Origin: a virus
Taxonomy: Duplodnaviria; Caudoviricetes
Length of the DNA stretch: 53,921 bases
Strand: one strand, 5' to 3'
IMG/VR virus record: IMGVR_UViG_3300024529_000001
Coordinates: 1 to 53,921 of that record
Shown here: one piece after another, positions 28,401-37,674 of the stretch
Layout: each line of letters opens with the position of its first letter
Numbering within the stretch: the stretch's first letter is position 1
Notes under the pieces: generated by a model
Seen by the model: the letters and a program-made list of their open reading frames with translations, nothing else
The model's database searches: none
What the model was told of the DNA's origin: nothing
Made by a program: the position numbers and the translations under genes

Positions 28401-31400
28401 GAATTAAATGTATTGTTTACAGCATATAAACCTAATACAGCTTTTCCAATTGCATTAGATGCATGTTTATACAAATTATAAATTGGTTCAAATATTCTTG
28501 CAACTTCTAATACATCACTTTCACCTTCATCAGTATTTAATTGCTGATATTGAGAATATTTCTTTTTACCAGCAGGACTTTGAGCCATTTTATCAGCTAA
28601 TGCTTCTAATGATGCATTACCTAATGGTAAAACTAAATCAATAAAATTTTCTGGTTGCTCAAGTATTTCTCTTATAACTTTAATAGTGTCATTATCTATA
28701 CCTTTTGAACCAACAGAATTTAACTTTCTTTTATTTTCAGCTAATTTTTCATATAAAGGTTTTAGAATATTTTTTTCTTCTTTATTAAAAATTTCATATT
28801 CTTCTGTTAAATAAAATTGTTCTAATGCTTCTAATCTATTTTCTACCTCATTAATAGCATTTCTAGTTTCATATAGTTTATTAGTAACATATGTTCCTTT
28901 TACTTTTAATGATTGAGTATATAATTCATTCCAGGTAGTAAGTAATTGTTTTTTAAGTTTTCTATCAACTTTTGATTCTTGTCTAAAAGTTTCTTCTTTT
29001 TCTTGAAACTCAATTTGAAGCTCAGGACTTAATTTTTTCTTTCTTTCTTTCCACTTACTTTTTCTCCAATTATTTCTTTTTTCTTTTATTTGATCTTTTA
29101 TAAAATCTATTTTATTTTCTAAGTCTTCTTTATTTTCAGTTACATCTAAATTTTTAATTAATTCTGTTTTACCATTAATAACTGTTAAGTTAGGCATATA
29201 TATAGAAAGCTTATCAACATCAAAATCTGAACCTGATTTAGCAACCATTTCAGAAGGAGGTATAATTATATTACCAGCTGATTCAGGCAAAAATTCTCCA
29301 ACTTCCATAAATTCCATAGAGTTAAGACCTTGAACTGGTATACGTACACCAACCATAGTAATCATTCTTCTATTGTCATCTTTATTTAACCAATCTTCAT
29401 TTTTTATTACCTTATTCAATCTTTCTCTAGTACGAATTTTATCACCTTTTAAATCTGTTAAATTAAGTAATTTTGTAAAATCACCTTGTAATGCAATTTT
29501 AATTTTCATTGCAGAGGTCAGACCATTATTAGCATTTTCTTGATATGAAGCTAAACCATCAGTACCATATGTTTGTTTATCTAATTCTGTTGCGTTTGTA
29601 AACTGTGAACTTTCAAAACCAGAATTAGAAACTAATACAAGCATTTCTCCATTTAGTTTTGACTTAATTAATTTATTATTAACTAATGCCATTAACATTT
29701 TTTCTATTTGTGGAGCATTTAGAGATAAAGATAAATCAGTAACTATTTCACCATTATAATCAACATTAATAAAATCAAGCTCATGTGCAGCAAGATCTCT
29801 AGCTTTTAATTGCCTAGCTACCATTTCAACTAAACCTGAAACATCTTCAGATCCTAAAGTATATCCTGATTCTCTTAATATTTCTTTTTTAGTACTTTCA
29901 ATTTTTTGTTCTAATAAATTTTCATATGTAGTAGCAAAAGCTTTCATTTTTTTAGAAATAGCTCTTCCTTTTTCAAATATATTTAACTCTACTAATTTTC
30001 TAAATTGAGTTGAAAATGTAGCCTTTCTTTTAAATTCTGGATGAATATCAATTTGATCTTTTAAGTATTCTAAATAAATTGGATTAGAAATAAATTTACT
30101 TTCTTCATTAAATTCTCTACTTTCTGTAGGTTTTATATCTCCTTTATATAATAATGAATTTTCACCATTTTCAGTTATTGTAGAAATCTTACTTCCTGAA
30201 CCATATGTACCATAAGTAATATTTTCTCTTGTCATTTTATTATGTAACTTTTCCAAGTTAGTTCCTTCAATTACATTTGGTATTAAAGGCATTAATGAAT
30301 ATTTATGAAAACCTGTTAAAGGTACACTATTAGTAGTAGCTAAAGGTCCAAAATATTGATATTTTCTAACTGGAAAAAATTCTGATAAATTGTATTTAGA
30401 TACATCTTCTTTATTAATAATTTTTTGGAATAACTCTTCTTGTTTTTTTGACCATTTACCTTGTAATTTACCAAGTATTCTATAAGCATCAAATGTAAGA
30501 TATCCTTGACCATCACCTTCTTCCATTTTTAGATATGGTTTTATTGCACTTTGAACTGCATTATTTATCATATCATCTTTTACAGTTTTAGATAATTTAA
30601 GATTTTTATATCTTTCTATATAATATTTTCTAAATGCTTTTTCATAATTTTCAGCATATGCAGATTCTATTTCATTTTCTTTTAAAACTATAGTATTAAG
30701 TTTACCATTAAAATATAAAAGAACATTAGACATTAAACCAAGTGATTGTGCGTATGTTGTATTACGTGTTGGATTTGAAGTATTAGGAGCAGTAAATACA
30801 TTATTAATCCAATTATACATTGCTTGATCAGTTCTAAAGATTTGACCTGCAGAAGCCATCGCTGCATTTCTTTTATGAAAATCTTCTTTTAGCATATTAT
30901 ATTGAGAAGGATCTCCATAAAATATTGTCATTAAATCAAATTTATTTAACATTTGATTTGCAACATATGAGCTTACTATTATTTCTGCCATTTGTTCTTT
31001 TGAAAGCTTTTCATCAGTATATTCTCCTAATTCTTTAGATATTTTATTTTCTAAAGACTCTGATATAAAAGGCATTTCATTAAATTTCTGATATGTCTGT
31101 TCATAAACATTATTTAAATAATCATTTAAATCAAGAGTTAACCAATCTCTTAATGACCAATTTAAATCATAGTCATCATCAAGAAATTCTTCAACTGTAT
31201 CATATTCTTTATCTAATACATCCATATCCAATTGATCTTGAATATTATCATAAAGCTCTTCACTTATCATTCCTTTAAAAGTATACAACTCTGTACCTTT
31301 AGCTTTTATTTTATTTGTACCAACTGTATATCCTAAAACTTCAGGTTGACCACCTTTTTTTATTATTTCTATTTTTTTAATATCAGCTATTATATGATCT

Positions 31401-34400
31401 ATAATTTTGTTAATAGTTTTTACTGTTCCATCAGTTGTAACAACTTCACTAAAATTCTCACCATCATAAAACTTTATTGTTTTCTCATAATCTTTAGAAA
31501 ACTCTACACTGTCAATATATACATGTTTATTTTTTCCAGAATTTTTAACTCTTGATGGCGAAGCAGCTAGTGATGTAGATTTTGAAGCATGTCTTGGAAA
31601 TTCAGGATTACCTCTTATTATAGTATCATGTATATCTTGAATTAATTTATCATTATCTGTTAAATCAGCTGTTACATTTGACTTATCTAAAATTTCATCT
31701 TTTACTTTAGCAACTCCAGATAAATTTGTTAATTTAAGTACTATTTCTTTTTTAGTTGTTTTATCAATCAGTTTTGGACCTTCTCCATTTCCAATATCAA
31801 ATATTGAATTTAATATACCATTTGATAATACAGAAGGATTATTTCTAAAATCTAAGAAAGACATATAAGGTTTAGAAACTAATTCAGAATAAGTTTTAGA
31901 TTTATTAATTGCATTTACAATTCTATTTACAGTCCCATTATAAGTATGTTCATTTTGTAAATCATTGTTTGCGTTATTTACAGAAAAATTAGAATATTTA
32001 TCAGAAAATTTAGATTCAGCATTTAATATTTCAGTTACTCTAGCAGTTTCACTTGATAAGTCTTTAATTATATCAAATATTAAACCTTTTCTTTTTTTAT
32101 CTATTAATGCAGTATATATGTATTTTATTGATTCTTTATATTTTTCTTTATTATTAATCTCATTAATTAATAAGTTATTATTATCTAAATTAAAACCAAT
32201 ATTTTTTAAAAATGTAAAAGGATTTTTTTGAGCAGCATAATAATCAGGATAAGTTCTTCTAAACTTAGTATTTTCTCCAGTTTTTAAAACAGGTACTTTT
32301 CCTCTTCCTTTTATTTTTATTTCTGTTATATACTTATTTGGATCTCTTTTTATTGATTTAAAAAATGAAGAAAAATTAGCTCTTATTTTTTGTAAATTAC
32401 CATGTGCAGCACCAGAAGTTAATTCATATTCAAGAATAGATTCATAATCTTTCTTCCCAGATTCACTTTTTATTTCTTTTTTAGTATTTAATTTAACAGT
32501 TATCTGCTCTAATGGTACTCTTGATTTATTAAACACTTGCCAAAAATCTGTCCATATGTCTACTTCAGAATCTGCTTTAGCTAAATTAGGATCACCTAAT
32601 TTTTTTAATAATTCATTTATTGTACCTGCTACATTTGCATCTGCTTTAGAAGCTTTTTTAAGAGCATCATACATTTCTTCTGGATGTTCTATTGACTCTA
32701 AAGTTTTTAATAATCTACTCCAAGTTTTATTAAATTCAGAAAGTTCATGAATATCAATTTGATTAAGTTTTGGTGAACCATCTTCATTATATTTATGTAA
32801 ACTTTTTATTAAAAATAAAATTTGTTTTGACGCACTTTGAATTGTTGAAAGCTTATTACTTGACCCTTCAATTACTTGTTGCCATTGTTGATTTTCTGTG
32901 TTAACACTTATTAAGTCTTTTACTGCTTCTGCATCTAAAGAATCAGTTAAACTTCCTGTATATTTAGAGTTATTTCTATGATATGCTGCTACACCTTTTG
33001 TAGATCCTAAATCACTTATATCACCCCATTGAGATATTGCATAATCTAATAATTCTTTTTTATATTCTGTATCTGCAGTTTCTCTAAGTTCTGTAAACTT
33101 ATATAAAGCAAATTGATATGCATGTTTATAGAAAAATTCAGGAGCGGTATGCCATGCAGATGACCATTTAGTATTTTTATCTTGATCAATCCTCATATTA
33201 ATAAATGTAGAAATAAATGAATCTATAGATTTCATTAATACTCTTGACTTTTGAATGTCTAAATTTTCTACATTTTCATTTAAAGACTCTATTCCGTAAT
33301 TTAGTTTTCCCCATTTAACATTGTTAATAGAATAATTTCTCTGTTCAAAATCCCCATTATAAAGCTCTTTTTGTAATTTTCTTACTGAATTTAATATTTC
33401 TGGCCTTACAATTGCACTTTCATAAGAAGTATTAGTAAATAAAGATTTTAGAAAGTTAAATATTCTACTAAATATATTATTTCTTTTAGGAGAATCTTTC
33501 TTAGTAATTTTTCCTCCTGAAAGGCCATACGCTCTATAATCTTCTGCTAAATACTCTTCTATTTCTTTATCATTAGCTTCAGAAAACTTTTTAGTTACTC
33601 CTTTATATGTTACAAAAGTCCCAGTATCTTTTTTTACTTCATTATATAATTCAGATTTTTCTTCTAGAGTTAAAAATAATTGGGTGAAACCATGCCATGA
33701 TTCATGGTAAAGATCTGTGTAATTAAAACCATCATGTAATGTTATACCATCTACTGTAAACTGTGCATATATATTAGAGTTTACAATATTAGATATTATT
33801 TCATATGGTAAATACTTAGACATAGGATTTGAATCATACCATTGTTTAGCTCTTTTTTGTTGTCTTTTTGTTTCGGCTCTTTGAGTTTCTCCTGCAGGTT
33901 TTGTTCTATATAATTCTTCAGAAAGATCATCAGTAGAATTAAATCCTGTATTATTCTTTTTAGGTTCTTTTTTTATTTTTACCTCACTAGTTTGTGCTGG
34001 TTGAGTAGATTCTAATTCCTGTTGAGCTAATTTTAAACCTTCAAGAAAAGCTTGGTCAATTAACTGATTAGTATTATGCGTGAAATTTTCATATTGCATT
34101 AACTTTTTAGCAGGTTCTGAATTAGGATTTTGTTTAAATGATTCAACTACAAGTTGCTTCATTAAACCTAAACTATCTGCTGCTTTCATTTGTGCAACAG
34201 TAGCTTTGCCTCTTATTTTTCTTCCGTATCCAGGTGTAGTTTTAAGATTATTATATTTATTATAAGTTGTTTGATCAAAAGTACCAGACTTATTAGATTG
34301 ATAAGCATGTTCTACACTACCATATTCTCTACCTTCCCAAGTAAATTTTCTTGGGGCTAAATTAGATAATACTTTGGTAGATTTTTCAGATTCAGCTTGT

Positions 34401-37400
34401 CCCCAATAAACATTTATAGTTCCTTTTCTTTCAACCTCACTAGTTTGTGGTGTTGGTTGAGCTTTTAATGCAGTAGTAAGAATATTTTTAATATTTGTTT
34501 TTTCTTGAGCGGTAAGTTTACTACCTCTATTACCTGCGACATTAAGAGTTTTAATATTATTATCAGCTAAGAATTTTCTTAATTGTTCCGCTGTAGGGTT
34601 TAGAATAAAAGGCTTACTATGTTTTTTAGCATATCTTTCTGTAGCAATTTTTCCTGCACTATCTGCACTAGTAGCAAAATAAGCTGTTCCATCTGAATTT
34701 AAAGTATTCATTTCTGTTCTAGCAGTATAAGCATCAGTTTTACCTTCTGCATATTTATCCTGTTCTTCTGCTGTGATTTCTTTGACACCATATTTTTCTG
34801 CTAAAGAAGGGTCTTTTTTACCAGCTTCTGTTAAAAATCCTACAGGAGCTGTTCCACCAGTTTTCATTCCTAATGCTTTTCCAACTTCTAAACCAATCTG
34901 ATCTACACCTGTTTGCCCTCCAGAAATAACTTTAGTAACTTGTTGTGTTGGTTTTAAATTAGGTATTTTTTCTAATTTTTTTAATTTATATGGTTTTTCA
35001 ATTCCAGAAAATTCAGATGGATAAGTTGTATATTCACCTCTTACAGATGCAGCTTTAATAGGAATTATTAATAATTCAGATGCACTAAGACCATCTGTGT
35101 TATTTAAGAGAATGTTATATGTTGATAATTGTTTTGAAAACTTAGAAGCATCACTTTCACTACCTTCAAAACCACTGTCAAAGAACTTACTACCAGCTCT
35201 TTTGGTTTTCATATCCCAAATCTTTATTTCTCCAGTCTTCTTATTTATAGTTAAAAGATCTAATGTTCCTGCTATACCTAACTCATCATTATAAACAAGC
35301 ATTCCTTCTGAATAAACTTTTTCATCTTCTGAAATATTTTCTTCAGTCCAATAATCAATTGCATCAATAACATCTTTATACGCTGATCTTTTAATTGCGT
35401 TCTTTTTAAACTCACTATTAGCAATAAAGTTTTTATATAATTTGGGACCATCTTCAGAAAAATAATCTCTAAAAATTTCATCAAAAGTAGTTCCAATAAC
35501 TGCTCCTGTTTTAATTCTTAATATTGCATCTTCTTCAGTGTTATTATTTTTATCTATAGGATTATCTAATAAATCTAAAAGATAACTAGACTCAAGCCTG
35601 TTTCTATCAATATTTATAGTTCCATCATCATTAAACACAAATGCATCTTTTTTTTCTACTTCTCTTAAATTATCAAGAGTGTCAGATGATTCAGATATTA
35701 CATCCGTTACTCTATTATAAGTACGTATTACATTTCTATTTTCATCAAGTTGAATATATGTTTTTTTATCAGGCGATAATATAAAATTTTCTGATCTAGC
35801 TACAATCTGATCTAATACAACTATACTATTAGCTACAGAAGAATTTTTAAGACTTGTATTACCTTTTATTATTCTTTTATTTCTTTTAAGATTATTTAAA
35901 TCAGATACAGAAAAAGTGTAATAACCTCCAAGTAATGGTACTTGACCTTCAGCATTAACTACAAAAGGAGATGAAAAGTTTTCTTTTACAAAATCATTAT
36001 AATCTTTTTCTTGTGTTTCAACTTTATTATTTTCTATAGAAATTATATCATTTATTTTAGTTCCTAATGATCGTGAATCAAGATTTAATTGTAAAACAAA
36101 GCTTTTTTCTATTTTCTTTTTATTTTTATCTGTTATAGAATATTTATAACCTTCTATTTTTTTCTCTATATCTTTTTTTAATTGCTTCTTAGTATATACA
36201 TCCCCTTTTTTATTTTTTACAATTAATTCTTTTGGATTTTTTTTGTCATAACTATATTTATAATCACTTATATACGTATATTGTTTAATTAATTTAATTC
36301 TTTCTAAAGCCTTTATATCCAAGTCATCATTTAAAAGAAGTTCTTTTATAAAATCTGCGTACTTAGTATCCTTTAGAAGTAAATAATCTATTGGTATATT
36401 AGGTGTAAAAGGATCAGAAACTTTTATAACAGCCTTTCCTTTATTCTCTCCTACTTTTTCTATTTCAATATCAAAAGGTAAAGTTTCATTAAAATTTATT
36501 TCACTTAATGGAACCTTTTCTTCATAGTTAACAACTGCATGACCTGGATTTACAGTTGTAATTTCAGTAATAACTTTATTATTCTTTTTATCACTTTGAA
36601 TATATTTTATTGCATCATCTACAGCTTTCCAATCTGCATCAAATCTTTTTTTAACTTCTTTAACTGATTCTCCAGTTTTTTTAGCTACATCTTGAAAAGA
36701 TGCTAAACCTCTATAAAAATTTTCTTTATTTCCAAAAGTTCTTCTAACATTATCATATGAAGCAATTCCTTCTTCAGCAGATACCACATTATAATTACCA
36801 GAGTCATCTTCCTTAAAATATAATATATTACCATTATTATCTGTAATAACAGCAGATATACCATTTTGATAATCTACTTTTCTCTGAGCTAATGTTTGTT
36901 TCTTTTGAACTACATCTTTTTTTAATTTTTCATCCCATCTATAATCAATATGTTCTTTATCAGTAATTCTTCTTAAATGATCTGGTCTTAAATCTTCTTT
37001 TCTCAACATTGTTTGAGACATAAGAGTTATTTTAAAACCTGTATGTCCTCCAAAAGTAAGATCAGACATTGATAAATTATCTGATTTATCTAATGCTAAT
37101 GCAAATGCTTTTTTTAAATTTTTATAAAATGTATTTTCTTTATCTAAGATTCCTTGTTGAGATGATAGTGCAGCATACAAGTGAGGTCTAGTTATTGTTG
37201 ACGCAACATCTTGCGGTTTAGCATCAAAAATAACATTTGTTACTCTACTTTTTTCATCTATTGAATTTCCTGCATTATTTCTTTTTAACTTCTTTTTTTG
37301 TTTACGAGATAATGTAGAAGGATCAATTTTAAAATATTTAAAAAACTTGTTAAAATCACTAAATTCTTCTACTAATTTTCCTAAATTATCTAAACTAAAA

Positions 37401-37657
37401 CCTTTACCTATTTGTTGCAACAATAATTCTTGATTTCCCGATATAACTTGCAACATTATACTTGGTGTTAATTGCATAAGAGATAATGCTGTTAAAGGTA
37501 CTACACCGTCTTCTATTGAAGCATTATAATAAGTATCAATAATATTTTCAACATTAATTAACTCATCTTTTTGAAAAGATTGTTTAGCAAAAGCTGAAGC
37601 AACACCTAAAACTGCTATTTGCTGTTCTTCATTTAATATTACACATTTAACAGACAT
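25418..37657 (-). CDS. virion-packaged single-chain (two-barrel) RNA polymerase with accessory domains (4079 aa)
   Basis: RIPVQGLNSM...GSDFDVDKL (DFDVD at 29213-29227), KRNAA, DGQGY, HKYSLMPL; also PD-(D/E)xK, SLOG, NADAR and HESWH motifs. Confidence 0.9.
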   Translation of the reverse strand: MSVKCVILNEEQQIAVLGVASAFAKQSFQKDELINVENIIDTYYNASIEDGVVPLTALSLMQLTPSIMLQVISGNQELLLQQIGKGFSLDNLGKLVEEFSDFNKFFKYFKIDPSTLSRKQKKKLKRNNAGNSIDEKSRVTNVIFDAKPQDVASTITRPHLYAALSSQQGILDKENTFYKNLKKAFALALDKSDNLSMSDLTFGGHTGFKITLMSQTMLRKEDLRPDHLRRITDKEHIDYRWDEKLKKDVVQKKQTLAQRKVDYQNGISAVITDNNGNILYFKEDDSGNYNVVSAEEGIASYDNVRRTFGNKENFYRGLASFQDVAKKTGESVKEVKKRFDADWKAVDDAIKYIQSDKKNNKVITEITTVNPGHAVVNYEEKVPLSEINFNETLPFDIEIEKVGENKGKAVIKVSDPFTPNIPIDYLLLKDTKYADFIKELLLNDDLDIKALERIKLIKQYTYISDYKYSYDKKNPKELIVKNKKGDVYTKKQLKKDIEKKIEGYKYSITDKNKKKIEKSFVLQLNLDSRSLGTKINDIISIENNKVETQEKDYNDFVKENFSSPFVVNAEGQVPLLGGYYTFSVSDLNNLKRNKRIIKGNTSLKNSSVANSIVVLDQIVARSENFILSPDKKTYIQLDENRNVIRTYNRVTDVISESSDTLDNLREVEKKDAFVFNDDGTINIDRNRLESSYLLDLLDNPIDKNNNTEEDAILRIKTGAVIGTTFDEIFRDYFSEDGPKLYKNFIANSEFKKNAIKRSAYKDVIDAIDYWTEENISEDEKVYSEGMLVYNDELGIAGTLDLLTINKKTGEIKIWDMKTKRAGSKFFDSGFEGSESDASKFSKQLSTYNILLNNTDGLSASELLIIPIKAASVRGEYTTYPSEFSGIEKPYKLKKLEKIPNLKPTQQVTKVISGGQTGVDQIGLEVGKALGMKTGGTAPVGFLTEAGKKDPSLAEKYGVKEITAEEQDKYAEGKTDAYTARTEMNTLNSDGTAYFATSADSAGKIATERYAKKHSKPFILNPTAEQLRKFLADNNIKTLNVAGNRGSKLTAQEKTNIKNILTTALKAQPTPQTSEVERKGTINVYWGQAESEKSTKVLSNLAPRKFTWEGREYGSVEHAYQSNKSGTFDQTTYNKYNNLKTTPGYGRKIRGKATVAQMKAADSLGLMKQLVVESFKQNPNSEPAKKLMQYENFTHNTNQLIDQAFLEGLKLAQQELESTQPAQTSEVKIKKEPKKNNTGFNSTDDLSEELYRTKPAGETQRAETKRQQKRAKQWYDSNPMSKYLPYEIISNIVNSNIYAQFTVDGITLHDGFNYTDLYHESWHGFTQLFLTLEEKSELYNEVKKDTGTFVTYKGVTKKFSEANDKEIEEYLAEDYRAYGLSGGKITKKDSPKRNNIFSRIFNFLKSLFTNTSYESAIVRPEILNSVRKLQKELYNGDFEQRNYSINNVKWGKLNYGIESLNENVENLDIQKSRVLMKSIDSFISTFINMRIDQDKNTKWSSAWHTAPEFFYKHAYQFALYKFTELRETADTEYKKELLDYAISQWGDISDLGSTKGVAAYHRNNSKYTGSLTDSLDAEAVKDLISVNTENQQWQQVIEGSSNKLSTIQSASKQILFLIKSLHKYNEDGSPKLNQIDIHELSEFNKTWSRLLKTLESIEHPEEMYDALKKASKADANVAGTINELLKKLGDPNLAKADSEVDIWTDFWQVFNKSRVPLEQITVKLNTKKEIKSESGKKDYESILEYELTSGAAHGNLQKIRANFSSFFKSIKRDPNKYITEIKIKGRGKVPVLKTGENTKFRRTYPDYYAAQKNPFTFLKNIGFNLDNNNLLINEINNKEKYKESIKYIYTALIDKKRKGLIFDIIKDLSSETARVTEILNAESKFSDKYSNFSVNNANNDLQNEHTYNGTVNRIVNAINKSKTYSELVSKPYMSFLDFRNNPSVLSNGILNSIFDIGNGEGPKLIDKTTKKEIVLKLTNLSGVAKVKDEILDKSNVTADLTDNDKLIQDIHDTIIRGNPEFPRHASKSTSLAASPSRVKNSGKNKHVYIDSVEFSKDYEKTIKFYDGENFSEVVTTDGTVKTINKIIDHIIADIKKIEIIKKGGQPEVLGYTVGTNKIKAKGTELYTFKGMISEELYDNIQDQLDMDVLDKEYDTVEEFLDDDYDLNWSLRDWLTLDLNDYLNNVYEQTYQKFNEMPFISESLENKISKELGEYTDEKLSKEQMAEIIVSSYVANQMLNKFDLMTIFYGDPSQYNMLKEDFHKRNAAMASAGQIFRTDQAMYNWINNVFTAPNTSNPTRNTTYAQSLGLMSNVLLYFNGKLNTIVLKENEIESAYAENYEKAFRKYYIERYKNLKLSKTVKDDMINNAVQSAIKPYLKMEEGDGQGYLTFDAYRILGKLQGKWSKKQEELFQKIINKEDVSKYNLSEFFPVRKYQYFGPLATTNSVPLTGFHKYSLMPLIPNVIEGTNLEKLHNKMTRENITYGTYGSGSKISTITENGENSLLYKGDIKPTESREFNEESKFISNPIYLEYLKDQIDIHPEFKRKATFSTQFRKLVELNIFEKGRAISKKMKAFATTYENLLEQKIESTKKEILRESGYTLGSEDVSGLVEMVARQLKARDLAAHELDFINVDYNGEIVTDLSLSLNAPQIEKMLMALVNNKLIKSKLNGEMLVLVSNSGFESSQFTNATELDKQTYGTDGLASYQENANNGLTSAMKIKIALQGDFTKLLNLTDLKGDKIRTRERLNKVIKNEDWLNKDDNRRMITMVGVRIPVQGLNSMEFMEVGEFLPESAGNIIIPPSEMVAKSGSDFDVDKLSIYMPNLTVINGKTELIKNLDVTENKEDLENKIDFIKDQIKEKRNNWRKSKWKERKKKLSPELQIEFQEKEETFRQESKVDRKLKKQLLTTWNELYTQSLKVKGTYVTNKLYETRNAINEVENRLEALEQFYLTEEYEIFNKEEKNILKPLYEKLAENKRKLNSVGSKGIDNDTIKVIREILEQPENFIDLVLPLGNASLEALADKMAQSPAGKKKYSQYQQLNTDEGESDVLEVARIFEPIYNLYKHASNAIGKAVLGLYAVNNTFNSVYNRMGAYINDIDFNTKAIPGSSNKGKGTAEGDAKDAAMRKDANGFIGEIRKEDSSSNTSLNKIKGKINLEEVDENEDSKNILNDETSVVMLARNASYKYTDLSEYTKQKIVEQAKRGVTFIVGDMPGVDERFIEYLQLIDAKFTVYHTGNKPRITQKVKLKLSHNKFLKNKKEYISLSNIYDVNGTTKISDTNSQLINGAVDVEKKAWLFDINAGIENAPLLTLLTESGVPEEKAIYFISNPYVVNYIKQVRIKKSVFYELSKAYLTKQSEEASKSPFGLRLINIKAEEAVILNPLNKFPKEFNTSKKNFNFNSFKIANTEIEKYEKEIDNIEILKDIAMNGIDDNNREVAQAAFYHYLKLRAPSNEMTQIKTNLTYDTKKSTSLYAAFEREKAKLGLLNLNYFDPNLISKMINTSIIGLFDISEFSLKYLSNLFELRNHPDINNHLSNEIASGSVPLKKMGMTNDVDGKERFVNIFKNDLVSFMFQNKIRESFLPKIVDGKLVLSGLKVEKDLKIEYVQNLKQGVAIKDDVIYVNSNKLNSDFLDAKKDPKIGRYITSFDDYFEFALQKELLKSSTTAEDLYDDKYFTDLYDEYVAEEETEKKKESLKKVYDFYLNQKTLDNIYNKQKLFKSTNTYAVRLSEILDKHPDLINQYEILSNLVIDKGNYVTNLKYNEKIDDGETFENYYLNVSELMDPNIKKVENEEDNKMITEFFKDFPFFAFFQTGQDINSPLSLVRGVPNEKILEVLKSAHKDVIDMFNDKTYDGRMKSAEYLDSFTKSLINKYEDQNQKAWRFKNWTEKTSNLKETLTDINNIYINNSSIQLINTYRKNGAYIDSLVEKTENTNELIVLPVQNENFYLNNKAYKIKSKNYVDGNMGIILNDIQNDENFEFNKENIDTDIDYYVTEMNNGNKLLFLSSGYGENLYRKAPKTYQYLSEQLYKKFGYINPKSIENSVITDNINNSQNITNKMLEDNIENSINQILEIFDQNC
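33981..34005. repeat. direct repeat copy 1 (encodes the TQPAQTSEV linker)
   Basis: ACCTCACTAGTTTGTG-c-TGGTTGAG; the 16-nt core is identical to 34434-34449. Confidence 0.8.
34434..34461. repeat. direct repeat copy 2 (encodes the AQPTPQTSEV linker)
   Basis: ACCTCACTAGTTTGTG-gtgt-TGGTTGAG; with copy 1 it brackets the NADAR-like domain in frame. Confidence 0.8.
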
Positions 37658-37674
37658 ATTCTAAAATATTTAAC

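Noticed and set aside
12644-37657. Inteins, group I introns or homing endonucleases in polB or the RNAP
   Set aside because: No C/S...HN splice junctions and no LAGLIDADG, HNH or GIY-YIG motifs seen; the giant proteins lack internal Cys and the frames are continuous
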